DNA of 44,259 nt from Caldisericota bacterium. Lineage in GTDB: Bacteria > Caldisericota > Caldisericia > UBA6126. The first letter of the stretch is position 1. Each line of letters starts with the position of its first letter. The stretch lies in the NCBI GenBank assembly GCA_003566815.1, contig PXBT01000214.1:1-44259 (forward strand), in the 5' to 3' direction. A program made the position numbers and the translations under genes. The notes below the pieces were generated by a model, which ran no database searches, had not been told where the DNA came from, and saw only the letters and a list, made by a program, of their open reading frames with translations. Shown one piece after another: positions 18,951 through 27,958 of this stretch.

Positions 18951-19868
18951 TCAGCCTTCCTGGATATCATTATCCTTTTTAAATAATTCAGCCACTTGAG
19001 CTATGCTGCCCAATATTCCACTGGATTCATAAGGGATAAAGACCTTGTTGGCTTTTCCATCAGCTACAGCTTCAAGAGTTTTGAGGTATCGAATAGCTAT
19101 CAGATCATTGGTTGGGTTTCCTTTATGGATTGAATCAAAAACCAATTCAATGGATTGAGCTTCTCCGTTAGCAACTTCAACTAATCGATATTTTTCAGCA
19201 TCTGCAGCTTTTCGTACTGCTTCTGCTTTGCCTTCAGCCTCAAGGATAGCAGCCTGCCTTTTCCCTTCAGCCTCAAGGATAGCGGCAAGCTTGATCCCTT
19301 CAGCATCAAGAATGGCAGCTCTTTTGGTACGTTCTGCCTTCATTTGTCTGCTCATAGCTTCGGTAATATCATGGGGAGGATCAATTTTTTTGATCTCAAC
19401 TCGGGTAACCCTGACACCCCAGCGATCCGTAGCTTCATCCAGGACTTCTCTGAGCCTGGTATTAATCATCTCGCGCGAGGTAAGCGTTTGATCAAGTTCA
19501 AGCTCTCCAACAATATTTCTCAAGTTGGTTTGAGCCAATTTTACAGCAGCCATTTCAAAGTTGGACACATTATACAAAACCCTGAAAGGATCTGTAACCT
19601 GATAATAAATAATGGCATCAACCGTAGGCGTTACATTGTCCTGAGTAATAACTTCCTGAGGAGGAACATCGATAACATTCTCCCTCATGTCCACTTTTTT
19701 AACATTCTCAATAAAAGGAAAAATCATGTTGAGTCCCGGACTCAAATTTCGTACATATTTTCCGAGCCTCTCCTTGACACCGTTTTGATAAGGTAGAACA
19801 ATGATGAAGGTTTTTGACAAAACAATAAAAAGAAATACCGCTACTACAACCCAAACCCATGGTTCCAT
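18951..19868 (-). CDS. SPFH/band 7 (QmcA/stomatin-like) membrane protein
   Basis: ERLGKY, PPQEVITQDNV, QTNLRNIVG, WGVRVTRVEI and QMKAER; adjacent to an NfeD gene. Confidence 0.95.
   Translation of the reverse strand: MEPWVWVVVAVFLFIVLSKTFIIVLPYQNGVKERLGKYVRNLSPGLNMIFPFIENVKKVDMRENVIDVPPQEVITQDNVTPTVDAIIYYQVTDPFRVLYNVSNFEMAAVKLAQTNLRNIVGELELDQTLTSREMINTRLREVLDEATDRWGVRVTRVEIKKIDPPHDITEAMSRQMKAERTKRAAILDAEGIKLAAILEAEGKRQAAILEAEGKAEAVRKAADAEKYRLVEVANGEAQSIELVFDSIHKGNPTNDLIAIRYLKTLEAVADGKANKVFIPYESSGILGSIAQVAELFKKDNDIQEG
19231..19320 (-). repeat. 33-bp coding tandem repeat (AAIL[D/E]AEG x3) inside the SPFH gene
   Basis: CCTTCAGCCTCAAGGATAGC at 19231 and 19264, with a degenerate third copy at about 19297. 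Confidence 0.8.
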
Positions 19869-19869
19869 A

Positions 19870-20292
19870 TTATGACTCCCTTCCTATAATTAATTTAGTT
19901 CCAGAAATGCCTTTTATGATGACTTTGTCTCCAGAAGAAAATTTTTCATCTTCTTCGGTGATGGCTATCCATTCTTCGCCCTCAATCTTGACTCTTCCTT
20001 TTAAAGAATTTTTTTCAACCGGATGTACTATGCTTGCGCTTTTGCCAATAAAACTCTGAACATTAGCTATTTGGGTTGGCTGAAGCTCAAGTAATCGGAT
20101 TAAATATTTTCTTATAAAACACAGGAATATTAAACATAAAACAATAAATAACATCCACTGGTAAATGATGGGAAGACCCAGCATTGAAGCTATGCCGGTA
20201 ATAATAGCAGCAATACCAAAAAGCAAAACAAAAAAACCAGGCGTAAAAATTTCAAGCAAACAAAGTCCTAATCCAACTATAATCCAAATCAT
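19870..20292 (-). CDS. NfeD-family membrane protein (short form)
   Basis: TM helices with LLEIFTPGFF, followed by OB-fold GRVKIEGEEWIA; paired with the SPFH gene. Confidence 0.92.
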   Translation of the reverse strand: MIWIIVGLGLCLLEIFTPGFFVLLFGIAAIITGIASMLGLPIIYQWMLFIVLCLIFLCFIRKYLIRLLELQPTQIANVQSFIGKSASIVHPVEKNSLKGRVKIEGEEWIAITEEDEKFSSGDKVIIKGISGTKLIIGRES

Positions 20293-20317
20293 TGCTTTAT
20301 CCTCCCAGGCTTATAAG

Positions 20318-20575
20318 CTATTCACCAGATATGCCACGCACTGTGCCAGCAAGTACTACCTGGGCCACAGCCAGCAATTCACGGACTTCATCCTCTGTAG
20401 CTCCAGCTTTTTTGGCGCGTTCCAGGTGAAACTGGTAACAAGGTTTACATCCTGTTCCCAGAGCGACTCCAATAGCTATAAATTCTTTAATTTTCCATGA
20501 AAGATGATCTTCTTTCATGGCCTCTTTATAAAACTCAATATATTTTTCACTAATCATGGAAGAAGAGTTACTCAT
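20318..20575 (-). CDS. Carboxymuconolactone decarboxylase/AhpD-like protein
   Basis: KEFIAIGVALGTGCKPCYQFHLERAKKAGATEDE, containing the CxxC...H motif. Confidence 0.88.
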   Translation of the reverse strand: MSNSSSMISEKYIEFYKEAMKEDHLSWKIKEFIAIGVALGTGCKPCYQFHLERAKKAGATEDEVRELLAVAQVVLAGTVRGISGE

Positions 20576-21479
20576 TGCCCATCAACTCCTGCAAATCTTT
20601 ACCAGTAAGCAATTCCATAAGATACATATATCGTTCAGAAGTTTTTTGAACAATATCTTCTGGCAAAGCAGGAGGAGGAGGTTCTTTGTTCCAACCTTCC
20701 GAGCTGACAAAATCTCTTACAAATTGCTTGTCCAGGCTTCGATCAATGAAGCCTACATCATAATCTGACTTTAAAACATATCGACTGGAATCGGGAGTAA
20801 AAACTTCATCAATTAAAATCAGCCCATCCTCCGTAGTTCCAAATTCAAACTTGGTATCCACAAGGATCAACCCTTTTTTCATAGCTTCCCGGGATGCAAA
20901 TTGAAATAGCTCAAGTGAAAGATCGCGCAACTTTTCAGACAATTCCGTTCCAAGCTCATTGCTCATATATTCATAGGTTACATTTACATCATGCCCCACT
21001 TCAGCTTTGGTGGAAGGAGTAAACAAAGGTTCGCCAAATTTTGAACCCAGCACCAACCCATGTCCATAATCTTTTCCTGCAATTTTGCCTGTTTTTTTGT
21101 ATTCTTTGTATGCTGAGCCCATCAAATATCCCCGAACAATAAATTCAAAGGGGAGCACTTGGGCTTTTTTCACCAGCATGGATCGAAGATGTAATTCTCT
21201 TTTATGTTCATAAAGCTGAGGCAAATCTTCCATAATATTGGTTGAAAGATAATGATTGGGCACAAAATCCTTTGTTTGGTTGAACCAGTACTCTGCTATC
21301 ATATTCAGCACAACGCCTTTGTATGGAATAGGCTCATTAAACACTACATCAAATGCTGAAAGCCTGTCAGTGGAAACGATTAAATATGCATTTCCCGCGT
21401 CATACAGGTCTCTCACTTTGCCTCGCTTAATCATGGGCAATGCTTCAAGATCAGTCCTTGCAACAAGAGAATCAATCAT
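20568..21479 (-). CDS. purC: Phosphoribosylaminoimidazole-succinocarboxamide synthase
   Basis: RGKVRDLY, TDRLSAFD, FTPSTKA, DTKFEFG, TPDSSR and SLDKQFVRD. Confidence 0.97.
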   Translation of the reverse strand: MIDSLVARTDLEALPMIKRGKVRDLYDAGNAYLIVSTDRLSAFDVVFNEPIPYKGVVLNMIAEYWFNQTKDFVPNHYLSTNIMEDLPQLYEHKRELHLRSMLVKKAQVLPFEFIVRGYLMGSAYKEYKKTGKIAGKDYGHGLVLGSKFGEPLFTPSTKAEVGHDVNVTYEYMSNELGTELSEKLRDLSLELFQFASREAMKKGLILVDTKFEFGTTEDGLILIDEVFTPDSSRYVLKSDYDVGFIDRSLDKQFVRDFVSSEGWNKEPPPPALPEDIVQKTSERYMYLMELLTGKDLQELMGNE

Positions 21480-21981
21480 TGTACCACTCCTCCTGAATTT
21501 TTTTAGTTTTTTCCACGAGAGACCGTTTAGTTTTTTCTTTGGATAATTGTAATTTTTCTCTTATGACTTCATCATTTAACGCCAAAATCCTTATGGCCAA
21601 ATGAGCTGCATTGGCAGGCACATCCACACCCACTGTAGCTACGGGAATGCCTGAGGGCATCTGCACAGTGGACAACAATGCATCTATCCCTTCCAAGGCT
21701 CCATTTCTCAAAGGAACTCCAATTACAGGAAGAAAGGTGTTAGCTGCTACGACTCCAGCCAAATGCGCCGACATTCCAGCCATGGCAATGATAATTTTAA
21801 TTCCTCTTTCATCTGCGCTTGTTGCATATTTCAAGCATCGTTCAGTATCTCGGTGAGCGGAAATAATTTCCACTTCAAAAGGTATCTCAAATTCATTGAA
21901 AACTTTTTTTGCTTTTTTTGCTATTTCGGCATCACTATCGCTTCCCATAAGAATGCCTACCAAAGGCTTTGATTCATTCAT
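21472..21981 (-). CDS. purE: N5-carboxyaminoimidazole ribonucleotide mutase
   Basis: MGSDSD, SAHR, AGMSAHLAG, PVIGVP and QMPSGIPVATV. Start reset to ATG 21981 (SD GGAGG). Confidence 0.97.
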   Translation of the reverse strand: MNESKPLVGILMGSDSDAEIAKKAKKVFNEFEIPFEVEIISAHRDTERCLKYATSADERGIKIIIAMAGMSAHLAGVVAANTFLPVIGVPLRNGALEGIDALLSTVQMPSGIPVATVGVDVPANAAHLAIRILALNDEVIREKLQLSKEKTKRSLVEKTKKIQEEWYND

Positions 21982-22076
21982 TTTTTCCTCCACTTTGCTA
22001 CAAAATTTATGTGATTCATACCATTAAATGTACCTGAAATGCCTTTTGATTCAATAATTTGGAGATCATTTTTTAT

Positions 22077-22182
22077 TTTTCAACATGATTTTTTTAAAAA
22101 AAAATAACTCCTATCAACTTATCAACAAAGTTATCCACATTGTCCACATCAAAAAAGTCTCATTTGTTGAAATTGTAGAAGA
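22077..22182. promoter_or_regulatory. Cluster of DnaA-box-like 9-mers
   Basis: Perfect TTATCCACA at 22131-22139; one-mismatch TTATCAACA at 22119-22127 and TTGTCCACA at 22140-22148; weaker TTTTCAACA at 22077-22085 and reverse TGTTGAAAT at 22165-22173. Confidence 0.7.
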
Positions 22183-22206
22183 AAAAAATAGTGTATACTA
22201 ATACGC

Positions 22207-24012
22207 ATGGATATTAATAAAGCAACGAGTAACAAGGTTAGAAATTTTTGTATAATAGCTCATATTGATCATGGGAAAACTACGCTCTCTGATCGATTTA
22301 TTGAAAGAAGTGATCTTGGGCACAAGCTCCAGACCAATACTCAAATGCTGGACTCCATGGATTTGGAAAAAGAACGAGGCATTACAATAAAAATGCACCC
22401 TATTCGTCTTGGCTTTAAACTTAATGATGATGAATATATTTTCCACATTATTGATACTCCCGGTCATGTGGATTTCAACTATGAAGTTTCAAAAAGTCTT
22501 GCCGCCTGCGAAGGAGCTATTTTAATTGTTGATGCCAGCCAGGGAGTTGAAGCTCAAACAGTTGCCAACACCTACCTGGCCATTGAGCATGATTTGGCAA
22601 TCATTCCAGTGATCAACAAGATTGATCTTCCTCATGCCAATGTCGACGAAACAAAACAGGAAATCATGGAATTGTTGGGTATTGATGAAAGTGAAATCAT
22701 ATTAGCTTCTGCCAAGGACGGCAGAGGAATGGATGAAATATTGCAAGCAATAGTTGAGCGCATTCCTCCCCCTCGAGGCTCAAGCGACCTTCCCTTGAAG
22801 GCTTTGATTTTTGATTCTCATTTTGACACTTATAAAGGCGTGGTTAGCCACATCCGAGTGCTTGAAGGTTTCATTGAAAAAGGCAAAGATATCATGTTGA
22901 TGTCCAACAAAAAAGAATATCAAACGGAAGAGGTGGGATTTTTCCGTATGGGTTCCCAGAGCACGGATCGACTGAACGCAGGTGATGTAGGCTATTTTAC
23001 TGCTGTTATTCGAGAAGCTCAGGTTATCAATGTAGGCGATACCGTTACTGATGCTCGATATCCGACAAAAAACCCTTTTCCTGGTTATCGCAAAGCCGTT
23101 CCCATGGTTTTTAGTGGAATTTATCCCATCAATCCCAATGATTACGATAAATTAAAAAGTTCTTTGGAAAAGCTTAAGCTTACTGATCCTGCCTTTCAGT
23201 TTGAGCAGGAAACTTCAGCAGCTTTGGGCTATGGTTTTCGTTGTGGATATTTGGGTCTTCTGCACATGGAAATCATATCCGAACGCATTAGAAGAGAATA
23301 CGACCAGGAATTGATTACAACAGCACCAAGCGTCATATACAAGTTTACTCTTAAAAATGGAGAAATAGAATATATAGAAAATCCTTCCAAATTTCCTGAA
23401 AGATTTCATATTCAGAGCATTGAAGAACCTATAGTAAAAGCTTCCATCATAGCTCCTTCCGATTATATTGGGCCCATCATGGATGTTTCTCAGAAAAAAA
23501 GAGGTCAATATCTAAGCATGGAATACCTTTCACCCACAAGAGTATCTTTGCAATATATTTTTCCTTTGTCCGAAATAATTATAGACTTCTATGATCAACT
23601 AAAGTCAGTCACCAAAGGATATGCATCTCTTGATTATGAATTTACTGGATACAAGGAAGAAAAAATTGTATTGGTCAGCATTTTGGTTAATGGCTCTCCA
23701 GTGGATGCCCTTTCTTTTATGACAGTGGATACGCAGGCTTATTATCGCGGAAAAGCTATTCTAGAAAAGCTACGAAAACTCATCCCTCGACAAATGTATC
23801 AAATTGCCCTTCAGGCTGCTGTGGGAGGAAAAATTATAGCTCGTGAAAATATCGTTGCATATAGAAAAGATGTGACCTCCAAATGCTACGGTGGCGACAT
23901 CACCCGAAAACGCAAGCTGTTGGAAAAGCAAAAAGAAGGCAAAAAAAGGATGAAAATGATTGGTAATGTGGAAATTCCTCAAGAAGCTTTCATGACCATT
24001 TTAAAATTGTAA
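22207..24012 (+). CDS. lepA: Elongation factor 4 (LepA)
   Basis: RNFCIIAHIDHGK, ERGITIK, DTPGHVDF, NKID, GLLHMEI and KCYGGDITRKRKLLEKQKEGK. Confidence 0.98.
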   Translation: MDINKATSNKVRNFCIIAHIDHGKTTLSDRFIERSDLGHKLQTNTQMLDSMDLEKERGITIKMHPIRLGFKLNDDEYIFHIIDTPGHVDFNYEVSKSLAACEGAILIVDASQGVEAQTVANTYLAIEHDLAIIPVINKIDLPHANVDETKQEIMELLGIDESEIILASAKDGRGMDEILQAIVERIPPPRGSSDLPLKALIFDSHFDTYKGVVSHIRVLEGFIEKGKDIMLMSNKKEYQTEEVGFFRMGSQSTDRLNAGDVGYFTAVIREAQVINVGDTVTDARYPTKNPFPGYRKAVPMVFSGIYPINPNDYDKLKSSLEKLKLTDPAFQFEQETSAALGYGFRCGYLGLLHMEIISERIRREYDQELITTAPSVIYKFTLKNGEIEYIENPSKFPERFHIQSIEEPIVKASIIAPSDYIGPIMDVSQKKRGQYLSMEYLSPTRVSLQYIFPLSEIIIDFYDQLKSVTKGYASLDYEFTGYKEEKIVLVSILVNGSPVDALSFMTVDTQAYYRGKAILEKLRKLIPRQMYQIALQAAVGGKIIARENIVAYRKDVTSKCYGGDITRKRKLLEKQKEGKKRMKMIGNVEIPQEAFMTILKL

Positions 24013-24053
24013 CTTGAATGTGCTGATATTTTCATATAATAAAGGAGTAACAT

Positions 24054-24124
24054 TGGGGCGTGGCCAAGCGGTAAGGCAACGGTTTTTGGTGCCGTGATCG
24101 AAGGTTCGAATCCTTCCGCCCCAG
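24054..24124 (+). tRNA. tRNA-Gln (TTG), CCA not encoded
   Basis: Acceptor stem TGGGGCG/CGCCCCA, D-arm GCCAAGCGGTAAGGC, anticodon loop TTTTGGT, T-arm GAAGGTTCGAATCCTTC. Confidence 0.96.
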
Positions 24125-24141
24125 GTAAAAGAGGAGTGTTC

Positions 24142-25533
24142 ATGGAGTTAGATCAAAGAGATCTTTCCCAGGTTTGCGTCATTATTCTCGCTGCTGGGAA
24201 AGGGACTCGCATGAAATCAGAAGAATCCAAAGTTTTTTTTCCTTTTTTAGGCAAGCCTCTCCTGTCCCATATATTACAGGCAGCCCAGGGGCTAAGCACA
24301 AAAAAAATTCTTGTCGTGGTCTCTCCCGCTGATTTTGATCGAGCAAAAGAACTCTATCATGATACAGCCGAAATAGTAATTCAAGAAGAGCCCAAAGGCA
24401 CGGGAGATGCAGTAAAAAAAGCTTTAAACCAAAGACCAGGAGAAAAATATTACCTGATTCTTTGCGGAGACACCCCCTTGATTCAAAGCTCAACTCTTTT
24501 ATCGCTATCTGAAATCTTTTTTAAAACTCATGCAGATGCAGCCTTGATTACAGCAATCGTTGAGCAAGCAAAAATGTACGGAAGAATCAAGCGAAATCCT
24601 GAAGGCGATATCGAAGAAATTATCGAATACAAGGACGCAACCCAGGAAGAAAAAAATATCCACGAGATCAATTCAGGAATGTATTTGTTCAAAGCTGCAG
24701 CACTGAAAGAAACTCTTCACTATCTTAAAGACTTCAATGCAGCGAAAGAAGTTTATCTGACAGACACTTTAAAACAAATCAGGCAAAAAAATGGAACTAT
24801 CTCATCCTATCAGCTTGAGGGCGAAAAAGAGATTTTTGGAATCAATAATAGAAGAGACCTTTCCAGAGCTCTTATGATGGCATATCAGCAAAAAAATGAA
24901 TCATTGATGCTTGAAGAAGGGGTAACCATTATTGACCCCGAGCATACCTTCATTGACCCGAGAGCTAAAATAGGCCAGGATAGCATTATCAAGCCCTATT
25001 GCTATCTGGAAGGGCCTGTTTGTATAGGAAAAAATGTCAGTATAGGTCCCTATGTATGCATGAGAGCCAGCGAGGATAAACCTATTGTTATCGAGTCACA
25101 TTGCCAGGTGGGACCTTTTACTTCTTTAAGAGGAGGTACTCATTTAAAACAACATGTTCATGTAGGAACCTTTGTTGAAGTTAAAAATTCAACTTTGGAT
25201 CAAAACACCAAAGCTATGCATCAATCCTACCTGGGAGATGCAGAAATAGGAAAAAAAGTCAATATTGGCGCAGGAACCATTACCTGTAACTATGATGGGC
25301 AGACAAAGCACAAAACCATCATCAAAGATGGGGCGTTTATCGGTTCTGATGCCATTCTGGTTGCACCTTTGAGTATTGGAGAGCTTAGCTATGTCGCCGC
25401 TGGATCCACTATAACCAAAGATATTCCCGATCAAAGCCTGGGCATTGGCAGATCCAGGCAGGAAAATAAAATTGGCTGGAAAAAAAGAGCAATTATTAAA
25501 AAAAATAATGAAAGCAAGGGGGATACAAAATGA
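24142..25533 (+). CDS. glmU: Bifunctional UDP-GlcNAc pyrophosphorylase/glucosamine-1-phosphate acetyltransferase
   Basis: ILAAGKGTRMKS, GTGDAV, GDTPLI, hexapeptide repeats and NIGAGTITCNYDG. Start at ATG 24142 (SD GAGGAG); the longer ORF call overlaps the tRNA. Confidence 0.97.
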   Translation: MELDQRDLSQVCVIILAAGKGTRMKSEESKVFFPFLGKPLLSHILQAAQGLSTKKILVVVSPADFDRAKELYHDTAEIVIQEEPKGTGDAVKKALNQRPGEKYYLILCGDTPLIQSSTLLSLSEIFFKTHADAALITAIVEQAKMYGRIKRNPEGDIEEIIEYKDATQEEKNIHEINSGMYLFKAAALKETLHYLKDFNAAKEVYLTDTLKQIRQKNGTISSYQLEGEKEIFGINNRRDLSRALMMAYQQKNESLMLEEGVTIIDPEHTFIDPRAKIGQDSIIKPYCYLEGPVCIGKNVSIGPYVCMRASEDKPIVIESHCQVGPFTSLRGGTHLKQHVHVGTFVEVKNSTLDQNTKAMHQSYLGDAEIGKKVNIGAGTITCNYDGQTKHKTIIKDGAFIGSDAILVAPLSIGELSYVAAGSTITKDIPDQSLGIGRSRQENKIGWKKRAIIKKNNESKGDTK

Positions 25534-26528
25534 ACACCAACAATGAGTATCATGTTTTTTCAGGCCATTCCAATCCCGAGCTTGCCCAGGAAGTGTGCAA
25601 ATATCTATCAAAGGATCCTGCTCCAGTTGATGTTTCCCATTTTTCCGACGGAGAAATACATGTTCGGTCCAAGATAAATGTAAGAGGAAAAGAAGTTTTT
25701 GTCATCCAGTCCACCAATCAGCCTTCAGACAACTTGATGGAATTGCTGATTATTATTGACTCTTTAAAAAGAGCTTCAGCAGAAAAAATCACTGCCATTA
25801 TCCCTTATTTTGGATATGCTCGTCAGGATCGTAAAACCCAGGCGCGAGAGCCTATTACAGCCAAGCTTGTTTCCAATCTTATCAGCACAGCAGGAGCTAA
25901 TCGAGTTATTAGTATAGATTTGCATGCAGGGCAAATTCAGGGTTTTTTTGATATTCCTTCTGACAATCTCACTGCTGTATTGCTATTTTCAAAATTTATC
26001 CGTAACAAAAAAGCAGAAAATATAGTCATTGTATCTCCTGATGTGGGGGGAGTTAATCGAGTCAAACAGCTAAGCGTACTGGTTGGATCCAATTTTGCTA
26101 TTTGTTCAAAAAATAGAGAAGAAAGTGATCGTGTGGAAAGCATCAACCTCATAGGGAATGTAAGAAATAAAACTGCTATTCTGCTGGATGATATTATTTC
26201 CACAGCTTCGACTCTTACCCTTGCAGCCAATGAATTAAAAAAACAAGGAGCAGCAAAAGTGTTGGCTTTTGCCACTCATGGTATATTTGTTGAAAATGCC
26301 ATGGAAAAAATTACCCAATCTCCCATTGATGAAGTTTATATCACCAATACCATCCGCATTGATAAAAAGAAGCTTGATGCATGCCCAAAACTAAAAATTT
26401 TATCCATTGCTCCCCTGATTGGAGAAGCCATTGAAAGAGTATATCACAAACGTTCTTTGTCAGAATTATTTGATGATTGCAAGCGAACTTCACTATTTAA
26501 TCAAATTGAAGAAGCTCCAAGATATTGA
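25530..26528 (+). CDS. prs: Ribose-phosphate pyrophosphokinase
   Basis: FSDGE, PYFGYARQDRK, DLHAGQIQGFF, VSPDVGG and ATHG. Confidence 0.97.
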   Translation: MNTNNEYHVFSGHSNPELAQEVCKYLSKDPAPVDVSHFSDGEIHVRSKINVRGKEVFVIQSTNQPSDNLMELLIIIDSLKRASAEKITAIIPYFGYARQDRKTQAREPITAKLVSNLISTAGANRVISIDLHAGQIQGFFDIPSDNLTAVLLFSKFIRNKKAENIVIVSPDVGGVNRVKQLSVLVGSNFAICSKNREESDRVESINLIGNVRNKTAILLDDIISTASTLTLAANELKKQGAAKVLAFATHGIFVENAMEKITQSPIDEVYITNTIRIDKKKLDACPKLKILSIAPLIGEAIERVYHKRSLSELFDDCKRTSLFNQIEEAPRY

Positions 26529-26553
26529 CAAAGATTCAATGCATTCCTACAAT
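26525..26553 (+). promoter_or_regulatory. Sigma70-type promoter for rplY
   Basis: TTGACA-N17-TACAAT, overlapping the prs stop codon. Confidence 0.7.
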
Positions 26554-26606
26554 CTTTATTTTGGTATTTGATTTGAGTTCATTTAGAAAAAGGAGATTCG
26601 AAGAAA

Positions 26607-27236
26607 ATGAAAACATTTGATATTGCATTAAAAAACCGAGGAGCAAAGGATCCTGAAATGCTCCTTGCAGTGTTATATGGTCATGGCATTGAAGGGAGCA
26701 TCCCTTGCATGGTTCACAAAAAAGATTTTATCAAGCTGGCAAAAACCAATGGACGCAACATAATTTTAAACTGCCAAATGGATGACAAAACTTATCCTTC
26801 TCTAATCAAGGATATCCAAAAAGATGTCATCACGCTCGAACCCATCCATCTTGATCTCATCGCAGTTTCTCTCGATCAGGAAATTACCATGAGTGTCAAG
26901 GTAAATCTTGAAGGTGATTGCATTGGTATAAAAAATGGAGGAGTCTTGCAGCAAAGCACTTTTCATATTGACATTAAAGGTAAACCCATAGACCTTCCTG
27001 AATCAATCACGATTGATACTTCTCTGATGGATATTGGCACTCATATTAAAGCTTCCGACCTTCCTCTTGAAGAGAATTTCAGTTTGATTACGCCAGAATA
27101 TGAAAGCATTCTGACCATACAGGAACCCAAAATTGAAATGATTGCAGAAGAAGAAACACCTGCTGAAGGAGAAGGTTCAGCTGATGCTCAGGAGTCTGGC
27201 GAAGAAACCAAAACTCCTGAAGCTGCTGGAAACTAA
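26607..27236 (+). CDS. rplY: 50S ribosomal protein L25/general stress protein Ctc
   Basis: AVLYGHG, IKDIQKD...IHLDL, GIKNGGVL, LPESITID and an acidic tail; follows prs. Confidence 0.93.
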   Translation: MKTFDIALKNRGAKDPEMLLAVLYGHGIEGSIPCMVHKKDFIKLAKTNGRNIILNCQMDDKTYPSLIKDIQKDVITLEPIHLDLIAVSLDQEITMSVKVNLEGDCIGIKNGGVLQQSTFHIDIKGKPIDLPESITIDTSLMDIGTHIKASDLPLEENFSLITPEYESILTIQEPKIEMIAEEETPAEGEGSADAQESGEETKTPEAAGN

Positions 27237-27958
27237 ATCCCGTTCCATTGAGTTAAACGAGTTACATAAGCACCCTGCCTGCTTTTTACCAGCAGATGGG
27301 GTGCTTCTTTCATATACCAGGCAGTCATTCCTGTAGCGGAAAAGTATAGCTGGTATGTTTCGAGATTCTCATCCTTGTATGCGATAGTATCTGTTCCCAA
27401 AAAATCAATATTGGTCTCACTCTGCGCTTCTCTTCTTGTATGGATGGTTTTGGTGGCAATTTGATTATAAGATTCAAAAGGAAAAGCCTGCATGATATGT
27501 TGCATCACTTCTTGCTCTATCAGAGGCTCTCTTCCATAATAAACTCTATTTTTGGAAGGCCTTCTTGCCGTTTTATTTTCCACAAAATAAGAACGGGAAA
27601 CCGTTTCTCCTCTTATCAAAATCTCCTGGTCAGCATCATCAGGCGCTACGATCTCAACATAATTAGGCTGGAGGGTTTGCTGATCCATCCTGACTCGCAG
27701 GATCTGTTTTTCTTCGATTGAAATCATTTCCTGGATCAGGATAATTTCGCCAAATTCAACAAAAGTATGATTCCAATATTCTTCCACCACATTATCGTTT
27801 TGATCAGTTTTCCGATAAAAAGAAACTGAACCGTTTCTTAAATTTTCTGTTCTCCAAAAAGAAGGACCCTCTTCCCTATCTGGAGTGCAGGCTATAAAAA
27901 AACAAGAGATAAAACTTAAAATGATCAAATTTGACAAGAAAAAATGGAATCTTCTCAT
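27233..27958 (-). CDS. Hypothetical lipoprotein
   Basis: 241-aa ORF with lipobox-like FFIAC; ATGA overlap with the upstream gene. Confidence 0.75.
   Translation of the reverse strand: MRRFHFFLSNLIILSFISCFFIACTPDREEGPSFWRTENLRNGSVSFYRKTDQNDNVVEEYWNHTFVEFGEIILIQEMISIEEKQILRVRMDQQTLQPNYVEIVAPDDADQEILIRGETVSRSYFVENKTARRPSKNRVYYGREPLIEQEVMQHIMQAFPFESYNQIATKTIHTRREAQSETNIDFLGTDTIAYKDENLETYQLYFSATGMTAWYMKEAPHLLVKSRQGAYVTRLTQWNGI

Noticed and set aside
19231..19320. 33-bp repeats as a possible CRISPR-like array
   Set aside because: They are in-frame coiled-coil repeats typical of QmcA-like proteins, with no unique spacers and no cas genes.
26090..26225. Deviant Prs motifs (SKNR, DDIISTAST) suggesting an inactive enzyme
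   Set aside because: The key Lys/Arg and DD residues are retained and the gene context is canonical.
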